Positions 23,201-35,200 of a stretch of DNA of 64,000 nt are shown here, in pieces (position 1 is the stretch's first letter; each line of letters starts with the position of its first letter). The notes beneath the pieces were generated by a model. It searched no databases and was not told the DNA's origin. It saw only the letters and a program-made list of their open reading frames with translations. The position numbers were made by a program, and so were the translations under genes. The DNA is from Azolla caroliniana. Lineage: Eukaryota > Plantae > Polypodiophyta. The stretch is taken from positions 18,290,001-18,354,000 of the forward strand of contig JBHGNT010000007.1 in NCBI GenBank assembly GCA_043228905.1, in the 5' to 3' direction.

Positions 23201-26200
23201 CTGTCTGTGAAAGATCTCTAGAAAGTTATATTAAAGTCTTTTAAGAGGCCGATTGAGAAATTACGTCTTAAAATGTTGTCTCATCTGTGAGGACAGCAAC
23301 CCAAAATAAACATAACTAAGTAAAAAGTAAATAGGGAGAGAAAGAACATGGAAACCCTAGGAAAAGGTCTATAAGACCAATTGAGAAACTACATTAAAAT
23401 GTTGTGTCATCTGTGAGGACAACAAACCAAAATAAACATAACTAAGTAAAAAATAAATAGAAAGATAGAGAACATGGAAACCTTAGGAAAAGGTCTCGTG
23501 TTCTCATAGTGTGAAAGGGAATAAAGACGAGTACTTAAATGTAATGGAAGTATAAAAGCCAATGTTTTGGCCTTTTAAAAGATGTTAATATACCTTTCGT
23601 TCTTCCCCACATCTGCCTAACTTTGTGCAAGTTTAGATTTGATCTCTTTTCTCTTATGATACACTTAGAAATTCGGGTAGGAATATATGCATATAAATCT
23701 ATTTAAGACTGGAACGTGCGGCCTTTTGGTTTCCAACGTAGTTGGGAGCTCTTTGAGCAAAGGTACCTAAGACTGGCAGGTATATCATCAAAACAACTTG
23801 GTGAACATGGAGATCATCATTATTGGTATGCTGAAATGCAAGAATGCCTTGAATCACATTGCGCATTTATAAATTATTCTCATATATTTAATGCAAATTC
23901 CCACTTGACTTATCATAGAAAAATACTAGATAACCCTGAATTGTAACTTCTGATCTAGCTGGAGGAGAATGCTAAATACCCAAAATTGGTAGCAGTTCTT
24001 TAATGCTGCAGATAAATGATGGGTTTAAACATATCCCTAAATTTACCAATGATTGGTAAACTTGAGTTTTGCAACTTTATGCAACATAGAATGTAGAATG
24101 GAGAGTCTAGGTATTGTATCCTGAGAAATTATGATCATGAAAGTGAAGTAAACTATAGACTTTGTTTTTATGGGTGGTTCTAATAGTTTTCTGTAAAAAA
24201 CACCACTTCTATTTTAGCATGTTTGTGGATCGAGTGCCTCAAATGCTGGCGGATGAATATCTGAAGTCAGGTTCTACTATTCGCAACTTTCTTAACAGTT
24301 TGGTAATATTTCATGTCCAATTTCAATTCTCTTAGTGTTCTTTGAGTATATTCCTTTATTCTCGTTGATGATTGCCTGTATTTTGTTAAGAATATAGAAA
24401 GATGATAATCATTCTAAGGATAGTACTTTCTACTATGTCGTAGGAATGTTAAAGCAAACAATGATGGGGTATTAACATCCTAGTAAATATATAGCAGGAG
24501 AAAGACGGAAAGATATTTTAATGTCCTTCAAGAGGTCATAGTGGCCTTAACGCCAAACAAGAGATTACAGCTTAAATGTTAAAGCAGATGTGTGTCCATA
24601 TAAGAGGGCCTGATGATGAATCCATGCTCTGATGTATGTAAAACGTGTCCTATAGTGGGCCATCTTCCTACCAAGAGATGTAGTGGGCTGGTCCATCTTA
24701 TTTTGTATTCGAACATGATTCTATCAGTTCGAATCACTCTATTTTTTCCACTTTGCTGGCCTCAATATTACACTCTAGTTGGCCCTTTGAATGGACAAAA
24801 TTTCCAACCTTGCTCATTGTCTAGATTTTCCTCACTTTTAAGGGCTGTAAACTGTACCAACTGATAGCTCATGTGCAACTATGCATCTTTTGTTTGACAT
24901 TTTTAATTGTAGAATATTAACTTTGGATGCCTTTAGAATGTTTGATAGAAAACAATGCAGAGACACAAGAAACAACATGGTCAGAAAAGAACAATAGGTT
25001 CTTCTAGAATGGTTAGGTGGCTATAAAACTTGGAACTTATAATGCCTCCAAAGATCAATTAAAATAACAAATTCAAAGTGTTCTCTTATGTCCTTGTGTT
25101 TGGTTCTAATTTTTGTTTCTTTAAATAAAAACATAAAGTACTCATATTACTACTATGTATTGTAGAGTTTATTGCTTGAAGAAGCACGAACCCTTCTGTT
25201 CCCTCTGCCACTCACTGCAATAGCAAACCAGTATTTTCATATGGGTAAGTTTTTGAGGTTCTTTTTGAAACATTTTGTCCGATGTTTATGATGTATTGTC
25301 CGATGTTTATTGCTTGATATGAGTGGTTGGGTGGGCCGAAAAAGGAAGCCCACAAGAAGATGCCAAGAATCTCGGAACAAAGATTGGAGCATCAGATATT
25401 CCATTTGCTTCAGCATGGAGGGTGGGAAGAGATGAGTCTAGAGCTAAAGCACTTATCATCCGCTTCATGGATATTGACAATAAAAAAGCTTTCCTCTCTA
25501 AAAGAAAGGCACTCAAGGGTGAAAAAATATACTTAGACGACGATCTCACTCCAGCCCAAGTGGCACACTGCAAAGAAAACATGCCACGAGTGCTTGATGC
25601 AAGAAAGGAAGGTAAATGGGCCGTATATAGAGATGGCAAGATCATTATTACAGAGAAGAGAACAACATGACGATCTATGGCCTATGAGACCCTACGCATG
25701 ACCATATGGAATTGCAACGGCTCTCTACGGACAAATGTCGGATATTTTGAAGATACATTGAAAAACACAGATATTGCTATGTATACAGAGACTCACCAAT
25801 GCATGGCTAACAAACTCCCTGAGGTACAAGGATATAGATGGGAGTCAATATGTCACCCCCAACCTCGGACACGAGGAAGCACTAGAGGTTCGGGAGGAGT
25901 GGCTATGCTATACAAAGAGGAGCTCCATGATAGAGTGCATGTTGTCCATAAGGATGTAGATGCATGCTACATGTGGATACGAATAAAAAGAGGGGATCTT
26001 AGAGAGTTATATATTGCAATTTGCTACTTTCCACCTGCCTACTTAAGGTTTGCACCTCTAGGTGAATCACCATATCTACCACTATATGATGACATCATAA
26101 GATTTGCTTCTATGGGGGACATAATACTATTAGGAGATTTTAATGCATGAACCAAGGATGAATAAACAACTATTTTTAACACCAATGAGGCTGTTTATGG

Positions 26201-29200
26201 AGAAGTTATGGCGGAAGAGGTTGGTCTAAAGCAACAAGCTCAAGATATGAGTGTTATAACTGAATATGGAAAACACTTTCTAGCCTTAGGAAGCACGCAT
26301 GGATTTGTGATATATAAAGGCTTGTCACAGTGGCCTGGATCAGATGCTTTGACATGTTGGAACCCAAAAGGGGGTGCAAGCACAGTTGATTATCTAATGG
26401 GATCTCCATCTCTTTTACCTGAAATAACAGTGTTCACTATATCGGGGAGACCTATTGGCTTGGCAGCTGATCATGCATATCTACGGTTCGAGGTAAATGA
26501 TGGATGCACAAAGGATGTATATGCTAAGGAGAGTGGGCTGAATAAGTATCTATTTACTCGCGAGACAATTGATGTGTATAGTTGTGGTGTATACAATGGC
26601 ATGCTAGATTTGGATCCTTTCGCACCCCTTGAAGAACTTACCCAAGGATTATCCAAATCATTGCATAAAGCAACCACAAATGCCTTCCCTCACACAACGG
26701 CCAATCCTCCCAAACTCGGTAGAGTAATACAAAATAGTTTGTATGATGACGAATGTCGTGATACAAGGAGATGCTTGCAGTGTGATGTAACTCGGGGCAT
26801 TTATACACACAACCAAGCGAGAGCAACCTTCCAACGTCTCGTAAGGAAGAAGAAGAGACTGTATTTGGCTAAATTTGAAGATCATTTGTATCACTTGTTT
26901 CTAGGACAAGAGAGTAAAAGAGCATGGAAAATGTTTAATGAGAGGCAACCCACCACACAACTGACCTCACCTCAGGTGTGGCATGAATATGCAAAGGTTC
27001 TATATGATATCCCGGGCCAACCTCCTCTTCCCCACCCGAATGCTTCATGCCCACATGAATCAACCTTCTTTACACCACAAAATGTCAGAAATTCCATTGA
27101 TCGGTTACAATTTGGGAAGGCCCAAGATCATGATGGATTGGTGGGTGAGCACTTTATCTATGCACGTGACACCTTGCTCCCATTGCTAGCACACATACAA
27201 TTGATCGGGCAATGGCAATTTGCTGTGCACGTAGGCCCCGGCCCCATGGACCACGACCTCGACACCCTTGTCATCGACAGATAAAAGCCATTATCTCCCT
27301 CCATCGTAGGTGCTTCCCTCGCTTCGGAGACATTTCCATTCTGGATCGACCTATGCTAGAGATCTTTTGAAGAAAAAAGCTACAATATACCTAACTTGAG
27401 GATCTCACATGTGCCAAAAACCAGATTCCCTCATTTCTTTTCTTTTCATGTTATTTACTTTTATATTTATTGTGTAATATTGATTTTATTTTGATTTGTT
27501 CTCGAAGACGAGACAACACTTAAGATGTAATCTCTTATTTGGTCTTATAGGCCATTTTGGCATCTTAAAAGACGTTAATATATCTTTCTTTCTTTCTATG
27601 AAGCATGTTCCTCTGGATATGGTGACTTCTCGGATGCAGCTGTGGTCAAGGTGCTTAAATTCTTCTGTATAATTATTCAAAGTGAAAGCAAAGCATGCAG
27701 ACCAGACTGTCTCGACCAGACACGTGCATGGGATCACAGCACAATTAGAACATTAAAGCAAATATTTACTTTTCATATATCATAGAATAGATATATACAT
27801 ATATGTAGCGAAGATATTGAATATGGGCATCATGTTTTTTTTATCATTTTACATATGCTTTTGTTGTAAGGTATGGGAGAAAACTGCCGGTGTCAAAGTT
27901 ACTGCAGCTGCAAAGTATGATCACGAGACTTTTTCTCAAAAGGCAGAAAATATAGTGAAAGAAGCTCCATCAGTACAACATGTTGGGTTCATTGGACTTG
28001 GTGCTATGGGCTTTGGCATGGCATCAACATTACTTCGGGAGAAGTTCATAGTTTGTGGATTTGATGTAAGATGCATGCGAAATGACTGTTTTGTCTGCTT
28101 GTGATTTCTAATGCATTTTAATGAGTTTATGAAAAATGAATGGGTCAATCAAAATGACACTTTCTTTTTCTTTTGATTTATAACGTACTTATAAAAAGAA
28201 AATAATGATTTATTTCAAATTATTATCTCTCCATTCAAATAAAACATCACTTCATCTTCAAGCAAGGAGGCTTTGTTCCATCTTCTTTCATTTAGATCTC
28301 CATATGATGAGGATATTTACACCAGCATTATGCTTAATATTCCATCATGACGGTATCTTTCAGTGCAATAACTGCTTTTTTTGGCTATGAATGTCAAATG
28401 TACAATCTTTGTACTTCCCTACTCACAACAGTTTGGAAGGATTAATGTACAGATAGTACACAGCCTGTGCCATGATGTGGCCGGTGTAGAGGAGGAATAT
28501 AGAGAACGTGAAGAATAAAGAGAAAAAGGGGACAGTGCAGAAATCAATGTAAAAATATGTAAATACAATCTGAAAAATATATAATAATGAAAAGTCAATG
28601 GCCTAGTGGTTAAGGCTATTGATTGTGTGGGAGAAGGTGTAGGATTTGAATCCTAGCATGAGTGCGTGGGTGCTAACTACCCTTTTTTTAACATTTCAAT
28701 GAGAAGGGGGTGTTTACGCATTTAATGCAATCAGTGAGCCTCTTCTCTCACTATAAAATGGGATTTGAGGGCTCATTTTCGGGTTGGATTTTATTGGGAT
28801 GTTTTTGGGTGTTTTGAAGAGCTCGTCTTCTATTTCTTTTATGCGGGTATTCTTCTACCCTTTTCTAGGCTTTCTTCCTTCTTTTATATTAGGGGTTTTG
28901 GGGTGTGAGAGTGGAAATTGGGCCACTTCTCCTTCTTCGTCTCGAACTTGGTTTTTCTTGCTTGAACGAGGGGAAAGGATGAGAAGAGGATCTCGAAAAG
29001 GACAAAAAAGAGGTAGTGGAAAGATTCAACAGCAAAAGGAGAAGGCCATTGATCGTGAGGTTGGGCCACTAAAACTCAAGAGTCCTTCCTCCTGGTTTAC
29101 TCCCAATCTCCAAACAACTATTCCCTTGTAATCACCTCTCGCATTTGCTATTTTAATCACTCATTGTAAACCCTATTTTGAAAAAGGGGATATTTTGTTA

Positions 29201-32200
29201 ATAATTTAGTGGGTGTTGCCTTAATCCAAGAGTTTTAATACTAAGCACGGGTCTTAATTCCCATTTTCCTTGTGTAATCGTGTTGAGTGGAGGAAAGATA
29301 GTTAGGGAGGTTGATTCTCAACGTCCACAACAAAGTTTCCTTCAGTCATGATTCTTCAATCTGAGGCTTCCTTGAATCACGATTCCTCGAACCAAGGTTT
29401 CCTCGAATCACGATTCCTGATTCCTCAAGCCAGGTTTCCTTGAATCATGATTTCCTCTAATCCTAATTACTCAAGCCTAAATTCTTCAAGCTAGGTTTCC
29501 TTGAACCAGGAATCCTCGAATCAAATTCCTTGAAAGTGATAATTCTTGAAATACAAAGGGGTTACATGAGGGCTACCCATGAAGGGCTTTAACTCTTCTC
29601 ACACAGTATTACATCCTAACTGGTCAATATCCCCTGTGGTCTCGCTTGAGTAGGACACACTCGTTCGTTTACGCGACATCTATCTTCTTAATTAAAACAA
29701 AAATTCAATTCCCTTTTATCTCTTTGTCTAATTTCTAAAACCTTTCTATATGGAACAGGTTTATGAACCAACTTTGGTAAGATTCAGGAAACTTGGAGGA
29801 CTCACAGGGAATTCTGTCGCAGAAGCTGTAAGAGGTATAACATTGTCAAAGGAGTAATTTGTTTTACCAAGTTTCAAAATAGTTAAAAGGTTCCCGGAAG
29901 ATATATCTTATTTTTATACACAATGTCAAGCATTTTAACGTTCATATAAACTAGTGAAATCATTGAGGAGTCTGACTTCATCTTCTATGAGATGAAGTTG
30001 TAGGCTGAAAGGAAAATCGACTAGCCAAAAGAAAATCCTGACTGAGTCTGCAGTAAGTAAGATATCCAGAAACTACATAACAAGGAGGAATGTACTCAGA
30101 TCTATTTAGCCTGCAGAATATGTTAGCCTTTTGTATGTTCTTTCTGGTGGTACCAATAATCTTTAAGTAACCATCCACTAAAATTGACTAAAGATCCTTC
30201 AGATTAGTGTGAATAGATGAATACTTCTCAAAACATTTTTCACCAAAATATTACTCTGCATAAAGACTATTCAAGAATCAAGAATCGTTATCTAAACCTA
30301 TGTAGTCTTCAATTAGTGGAATTTGGGCCATGGATTCTAGGGGATGGAAAACCTCTAACATGATCAGTTATAGTTATGCATGTAACATACTCCCCCACTT
30401 TAACGTACTCTCAGATTCTCAGAAAGTATAAACTTGCAGCTGATTGTACAATAGATTCATCTGTCTGAGATATTGTGTTTGTTAAAAATGTATCAAAATC
30501 AAGTTAAGCAGTGAAGTCATTTTATCTGAAATTCTGTTTACTGATCTCACTTTGTTAACTTTTTAGCCTCTGAAGTAGTTGTTGTGATGGTTGCAACGGA
30601 AACTCAGGCAGAGAGAGTATTGTTTGGAGAGGAAGGTGCTGTTGCAGGTCAGTGCACATATTCTCTGTTTCAGAATTTCTCAAAAGAGCTCTTCATTCTG
30701 GATCAAACTATGCTAGAGAACTTATGAAGAAAAAAATTACATTATATCTGTCTTGAGAATCTTACCTGTACCGATGACAAGATTCTTTAGTCACTTTTTA
30801 TCTTAGGAAAATTTATTTTAGTCTCTTGTCCTCAAAGACGAGACAACACCCAAAGATGCAACTCTTGTTTGGTCTTGTAGGCCATTTTCACCTCTTAAAA
30901 GACGTTAGTATATCATTCATTCATTCTCTCTTTATACTGACATGTTCCTGCTTTTTGTCAGCTGTTCCGAATGGTTGCACTATTGTGCTCTGCTCGACAG
31001 TGTCTCCAGTTTATGTCGCAAAACTCGAACAGCGCCTCAGAGGTAGTGTTTTTCCGGATTCTATTTCTTATGGACTTTCGGTAATTTATGTGTTTACTTT
31101 ATACTTTTGGATTAGTTTATTCTATGACCTCTTGGGAAAGCATCAGATTGGGAAAGCAGTGCTTAGTTGTGCTGTTTTTTTAGGAACTACTTTTTTCTCT
31201 TTAGGAGAGGTAGCTTCTAACTCACAATAAAATTATTACTAATTCTTTAGATATTTTAATGTCCGTATTCACTTTCAATAAAACCTACTAGTTCCTATTT
31301 ATACAAATTTCAACTAATACTCATTAGACCATAGGAGTCATATCCAAACCAGTATCACATTATGTTCTCCTATATAGTTAATATCCCATAGGTATGTGTG
31401 ATTCAGCTTCCAAGAAACTATGATTGAGTTCCTGTACAGCTTCTTGTTTACTCTCTGTGAATGCAACATTTTGGAAAATCTGCAATAGAGCAGACCAGAT
31501 ATTTCTGAAAAAACATATGGACTAGGATCCCAGGAGCTTTGTTTAGTGTCTTATATGATTTATATAGAATATTGTTCAGAGTATGGAGAATATTGTTTAT
31601 ATATAGTTTAACAAGGTGAGAGATTCACTATTGCTAAATTTGTGCAAGATGGATGTACTTTTTGAGATTGAATATTATTACATTTTAGAGTTTCTGAATC
31701 TTGGTGTGGGATCTTCACCAGCTTTTAGTCAGTTATATAAAGTAGGAAGTGGATGGTCAGCTTTTAGCCGAAATTAATGAAGAGAGAAGTTATTGAAGTA
31801 CAACAATACAGCCACAGCAGCTCATCAACAAAGAACAATGAGGACTTTCTTTGTTCATCATAGCTTGTGTTACAAGTTAATCAAGGACTGCAAAAGTAGG
31901 GTCTTGATTCAGAACAAATCAAATGGGTTACATTAGCTTAGGTTATAGTAATGTCCAATTCATGTAGGCCATAACATGTACACCACAACAATTTGGACCA
32001 CAGTCTCATCACCCTTGTTATTGAGAAATAAAGCCATTAGGACCTTGGAAGGGGTTACAATAGATTAGGTAATAGCAATGTCCGATGCACGTAGGCCATG
32101 ACATGTATGGCACAACCATTTGCACCACACCTCATCACAATTGTTATTAACAAATAACAAAAATGCCATTACGACTTGACAAATAAAACCATTATGACTT

Positions 32201-35200
32201 GACACAAAAAATGCATCCTGGATGTGAAAAATATCTCACATTTTGGAGAAGCCCGTGTTGGATATTTTTTGAAGATAAAAATTTCAGTCAATCAATCAAA
32301 GTTCAGCATCTTAAGTTCTTAGATATCTAGATTGTTTAGAACCAATCAATCAAAGTCAAGCATCTTAAGTTCTTCGATATCTACATTAATATAGGTTTCT
32401 TTCTTTCTGATTCTGCTTATAATGCATTGCAGCTGAAGATAGGGATCTTCACCTAGTAGACGCCCCTGTTTCAGGAGGAGTTGTGAAAGCTGGAAATGGA
32501 ACTCTTACGGTATAATGGTGTTTCCTCGTCAAATGCCTCTGACACATTTATATTCAAGTATGATATTCTATGTAATATGTATGCAGATTATGGCAGCCGG
32601 ATCAGAAGAAGCCCTCAAAAAAGCAGGATTGGTTTTGTCAAGTAATATCACAGTTGTTTTATCAACTGAAAGTCCATAATAATGCAATGTTTGTATTTAT
32701 ATTGATTTCTGTAACGTATTCTTTGCAGCTTTAAGTGAAACTTTATATATTATCGATGGTGGAGCTGGTAAAGGAAGGTATAATATCTTCACTGCTTATA
32801 GATTTTGGTGTATCTTCTGGAAAACTTTGTCGGCCTATTGTCTGAATGTTATCATCATGTTGCTTGTTAATCTCAATATATTTGTAGTTCAATATGCTCT
32901 CAGTCAAAGTTTTGATTGAGAAAAAGAATATACTGGGTTTCTTCAACGTTAGAAAAAATGTTTCCTCATATTTTTATAGCCAGGAGAAGCTATATTTTTC
33001 TGCTATTCAACTAGCACCGAAACCTAATATAGTACTGGTGGCTTAGTGTTACTAGTTAAGTTAGTACGGGGGGCTAATGCTACTAAGCAAATGAAGAGTT
33101 TCATAGAAACCTAATTTGTTGCATAGAGACCTTAGGTCATGCAACCCCTCTACTAGATTCAGTCAGAGAGTGATTTTCAATGACTTTTCAGACCTAAGGA
33201 CAAATCATCTAATTGTAGAATATCAATACCATTCATCGTTCAACTACTTTCATCTCCTTCACACATCTAGTGTACCTGTGCGTGAAAGTCATTCTATGGT
33301 CATGCATCTCTCTTTGCCCAGAATACAACCATTTCTATCGACAAAAAGCTATTTCATACCCAGAGGGTGCATATGGCTACTTCCACCAGATCCTCAAGAA
33401 CAGACGAGGAAAGAAGGCAGACTTTCATCACTTCATGCTCAAAGCTTGACGCAGTCACTGTATATATTACGTTGTGCTATTCTCAGAATTCAGTCACATG
33501 GGAATTCTGAGGGATTTATAGTAGAGGTAATGAAAAGGCTTGAAATTGAAACCCAACATATAGAAGTAAATTAACGAGGATTTAATTGCTATGCTATGAC
33601 AAAGCAAGTGGGATGAACACCACACAGGATTAGTACAATCAAAATTAGCGTATACTCCTATTCATAGTTATTTAGTTAAAATCTCACTTGCCTACTCAAG
33701 GGTGCACCTCTCAGACAATATCCATATTTAACATTATACAATGATGTTGTAGTGTTTGCAATTATGGAGATACAGTACTATTAGGGGACTTTGATGCGTC
33801 TATTGAACATGAAAAAATAACATTGTTTGACAAAAACAAGGCCATGTATGAAGAAGCTGCACCATAATATGTTGACCCAATGAGACAAGTTGAAGATATG
33901 GGGGAAGTGCAAGAATATGGCAGACAGTTTCTTTAGTGTAAATGGATTAGTAAAATATCGAATGTCTTGTCACAATGGTCAAGATCAGATGCTTTGACAT
34001 GATAGAACCTCAGTGGAGGTACAAGCACAGTTGATTACGTGATGGGTTCTCCATCCCTTTCACCCAACATAAGAGAGTCCATAAGAGTTGTCAAAGTCAT
34101 TGTGTTTTGCAGACACATATTCCTTCCCCACAGTATAGTTGGCAGTGCACCTACTCATGCTAGAACCACACAATAGCTGGTATAATGAGGAATACCATGA
34201 TAAAAGTAGACACTTGCGAGAAGAGGTGACTCTAGGGACTTCTACACACAGACAAGGAAGGGAAACCTTAACCTTCAAGAAAGAAAGAAAGAAGAAAGAA
34301 AGATATATTAACGTCTTTTAAGAGGCCAAAATGGCCTATAAGACCAAACAATAGATTACATCTTAAGTGTTGTCTTGTCTTCGAGAACAACAAATCAAAA
34401 AATTAAGTAAGTAATACTCCGTAAATATAAAAGTATATAAGATAAAAAGAGAGATGCGGGAATCTGGTTTTCAGCACATGTCATATTCTCAAGTTAGATA
34501 TATTGTATCTTTTGTCTTCGAAAGATCTCTAGCATAGGTCGATCCAGAATGGAAATGTCTCCGAAGCGAGGGAAGCACCTGCGATGGCGGGAGATATTGG
34601 CTTTTATCTGTCGATAACAAGGGTGTCGAGGTTGTGGTCCATGGGGTTGGGGCCTACGTGCACGGCAAATTGCTATTGCCCAATCAATTGTAATCCCTTT
34701 GTTATATCCTGGTCGGGAGCCCATTTGTGTATCCCGTGATTGACTTGTAGCATTAGTAGGAGTGATGGGGCTAAAGAAAGTTGTGATAGTTCTTTGTGGA
34801 TGAGCTTGTATGGCTGTATTCTTCAACAACTTTTCCCGATGTCACTTGAGCTCTAGCAAGAAAAGTCCTAGGCACCGTTGGTCCTCATATTCCATTACCT
34901 TGCGTAGTGGGCCAAAGCCTTGTTTAAAGAGGCAATGGTTTCTCCCTCTGATTTCATAAAAGACACTATAGTGACAAACATAGTGTTTAATACTAGGCTG
35001 GATTTGAATCAGAGGTATCTAGGACAAGAAAGTCAAAGAACATGGAAAATGTTTAATAAGAGGCATCCTGGCACACATTTGGTTTCACATCAGATTTGAC
35101 TGGGACATGCATAGCAACTCTATGAAATTCCTGGAAAGCGCCCCTTTCCCCTGCACACATGGCTCACAACAATGTGAACTCCACCCCCATGATTGCTACA

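Larger units (their letters stand above)
16201..27650 (+). other. Exons 1-11: first, degenerate beta-hydroxyacid dehydrogenase module
   Basis: Aligns exon by exon with exons 12-22 but has GLVTADPHG in place of GFIGLGAMG and KVWMVEK in place of GVKVVNQ. Confidence 0.8.
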
